Positions 14,035 through 14,463 of a stretch of 14,463 bases of DNA are shown piece after piece. Location of the stretch: NCBI GenBank assembly GCA_964401105.1, contig CAYNXM010000119.1:1-14463 (forward strand), in the 5' to 3' direction. Position 1 is the stretch's first letter. Each line of letters starts with the position of its first letter. A model generated the notes under the pieces. That model did not search any database, was not told the DNA's origin, and saw nothing but the letters and a program-made list of their open reading frames with translations. Both the position numbers and the translations under genes were made by a program. The DNA is from an uncultured Lyngbya sp. (lineage in GTDB: Bacteria; Cyanobacteriota; Cyanobacteriia; Cyanobacteriales; Microcoleaceae).

Positions 14035-14463
14035 ATGATGAAACCAATGAAGAATTCCGAAAAAGCGAATAAAGTTGAACGAAATCACGTGTATACAAGT
14101 ATTACTTATGATTTTGTAGTAGATGTGATTTCGGGTTCGTTAAAAGGTCAACAATTTCAGGGATCTTTCAGCTATGATCCTTCAGTGCTGAAAGGTAAAG
14201 GAACGGAGAAAATTAAGGTTTTGGAAGCTGAATTTAATTACTTGAGTAAATACACGGAAGTCCCAGAAATTTCATTCACTGATGGAATTTTTGAGAGACT
14301 GATTTGGGTTTCTGGTAAATCAACTGAACGATTTGGTTTTAATGGTGGTTTTGAGCGAAATCAATTTGGTCGTCCCGAAGAAGCTTTTATCCGAAATGGG
14401 GATGACTATTTTGGCTATCTTGATAAAAACACTTTTGTTGACGGTGCTGGAAAGATAACATAT
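14035..14463 (+). CDS. Hypothetical protein, 5' partial (the ORF runs off the window end)
   Basis: Absent from the ORF track because there is no stop codon in the window. The frame is open from the TGA at 14032-14034 to position 14463, with candidate ATG starts at 14035, 14038 and 14047. Translation: MMKPMKNSEKANKVERNHVYTSITYDFVVDVISGSLKGQQFQGSFSYDPSVLKGKGTEKIKVLEAEFNYLSKYTEVPEISFTDGIFERLIWVSGKSTERFGFNGGFERNQFGRPEEAFIRNGDDYFGYLDKNTFVDGAGKITY... The G.FSYD.S.L.G.G...FNYL pattern loosely recalls the N-terminal domains of some cyanobacterial PEP-CTERM proteins. No signal peptide is evident. Confidence 0.5.
   Translation, partial: MMKPMKNSEKANKVERNHVYTSITYDFVVDVISGSLKGQQFQGSFSYDPSVLKGKGTEKIKVLEAEFNYLSKYTEVPEISFTDGIFERLIWVSGKSTERFGFNGGFERNQFGRPEEAFIRNGDDYFGYLDKNTFVDGAGKITY

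Noticed and set aside
14031-14072. A 13-aa ORF (MNDETNEEFRKSE) starting at the first ATG of atgaatgatg.
   Set aside because: It is very short and overlaps, out of frame, the much longer open frame that continues to the window end.

Overview
This looks like a chromosomal segment from a cyanobacterium. Supporting evidence: nine perfect HIP1 octamers (GCGATCGC), a pxcA/cemA homologue, a Cry-DASH gene, a PEP-CTERM protein and STRR-like heptamers. All family assignments come from reading motifs by eye and from memory; no searches were run.

Layout, left to right:
- 132-794 (-): a XamI-like restriction endonuclease ORF that appears to lack its C-terminal catalytic part.
- 983-2449 (-): Cry-DASH.
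- 2517-2984 (-): a lone small protein resembling 'Dnd system-associated protein 4'.
- 3060-4634 (-): a CNNM/CorC (DUF21-CBS-CorC_HlyC) protein whose 3' end carries a perfect in-frame 9-bp tandem repeat encoding (GDT)7.
- 4750-5469 (-): a membrane-anchored hypothetical protein.
- 5672-5744 (+): an atypical tRNA with a CAU anticodon.
- 5904-7277 (+): pxcA.
- 7300-11029 (-): a run of four same-strand genes, namely DUF2064/TIGR04282, a DMT/EamA transporter, an EctD-like Fe(II)/2OG dioxygenase and a lysine/ornithine cyclodeaminase.
- 11.0-14.46 kb: a HIP1-free segment that looks accessory. It holds a secreted acidic Cys-containing protein, a roughly 100-nt structured element, a 52-aa ORF absent from the ORF track, a hairpin, a PEP-CTERM protein built of HAF-like repeats, and an open-ended ORF running off the window.

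Most noteworthy:
1. The untracked 52-aa ORF has a textbook double-glycine leader (LSVDELSDVKGG) and sits next to the PEP-CTERM repeat protein, with no exporter in the window.
2. The cyclodeaminase + EctD-like hydroxylase + DMT cassette may make or handle a hydroxylated cyclic imino acid such as hydroxypipecolate or hydroxyproline.
3. Two isolated remnants of defence-type genes (the XamI-like fragment and the Dnd-associated-4-like ORF) lie among housekeeping genes.
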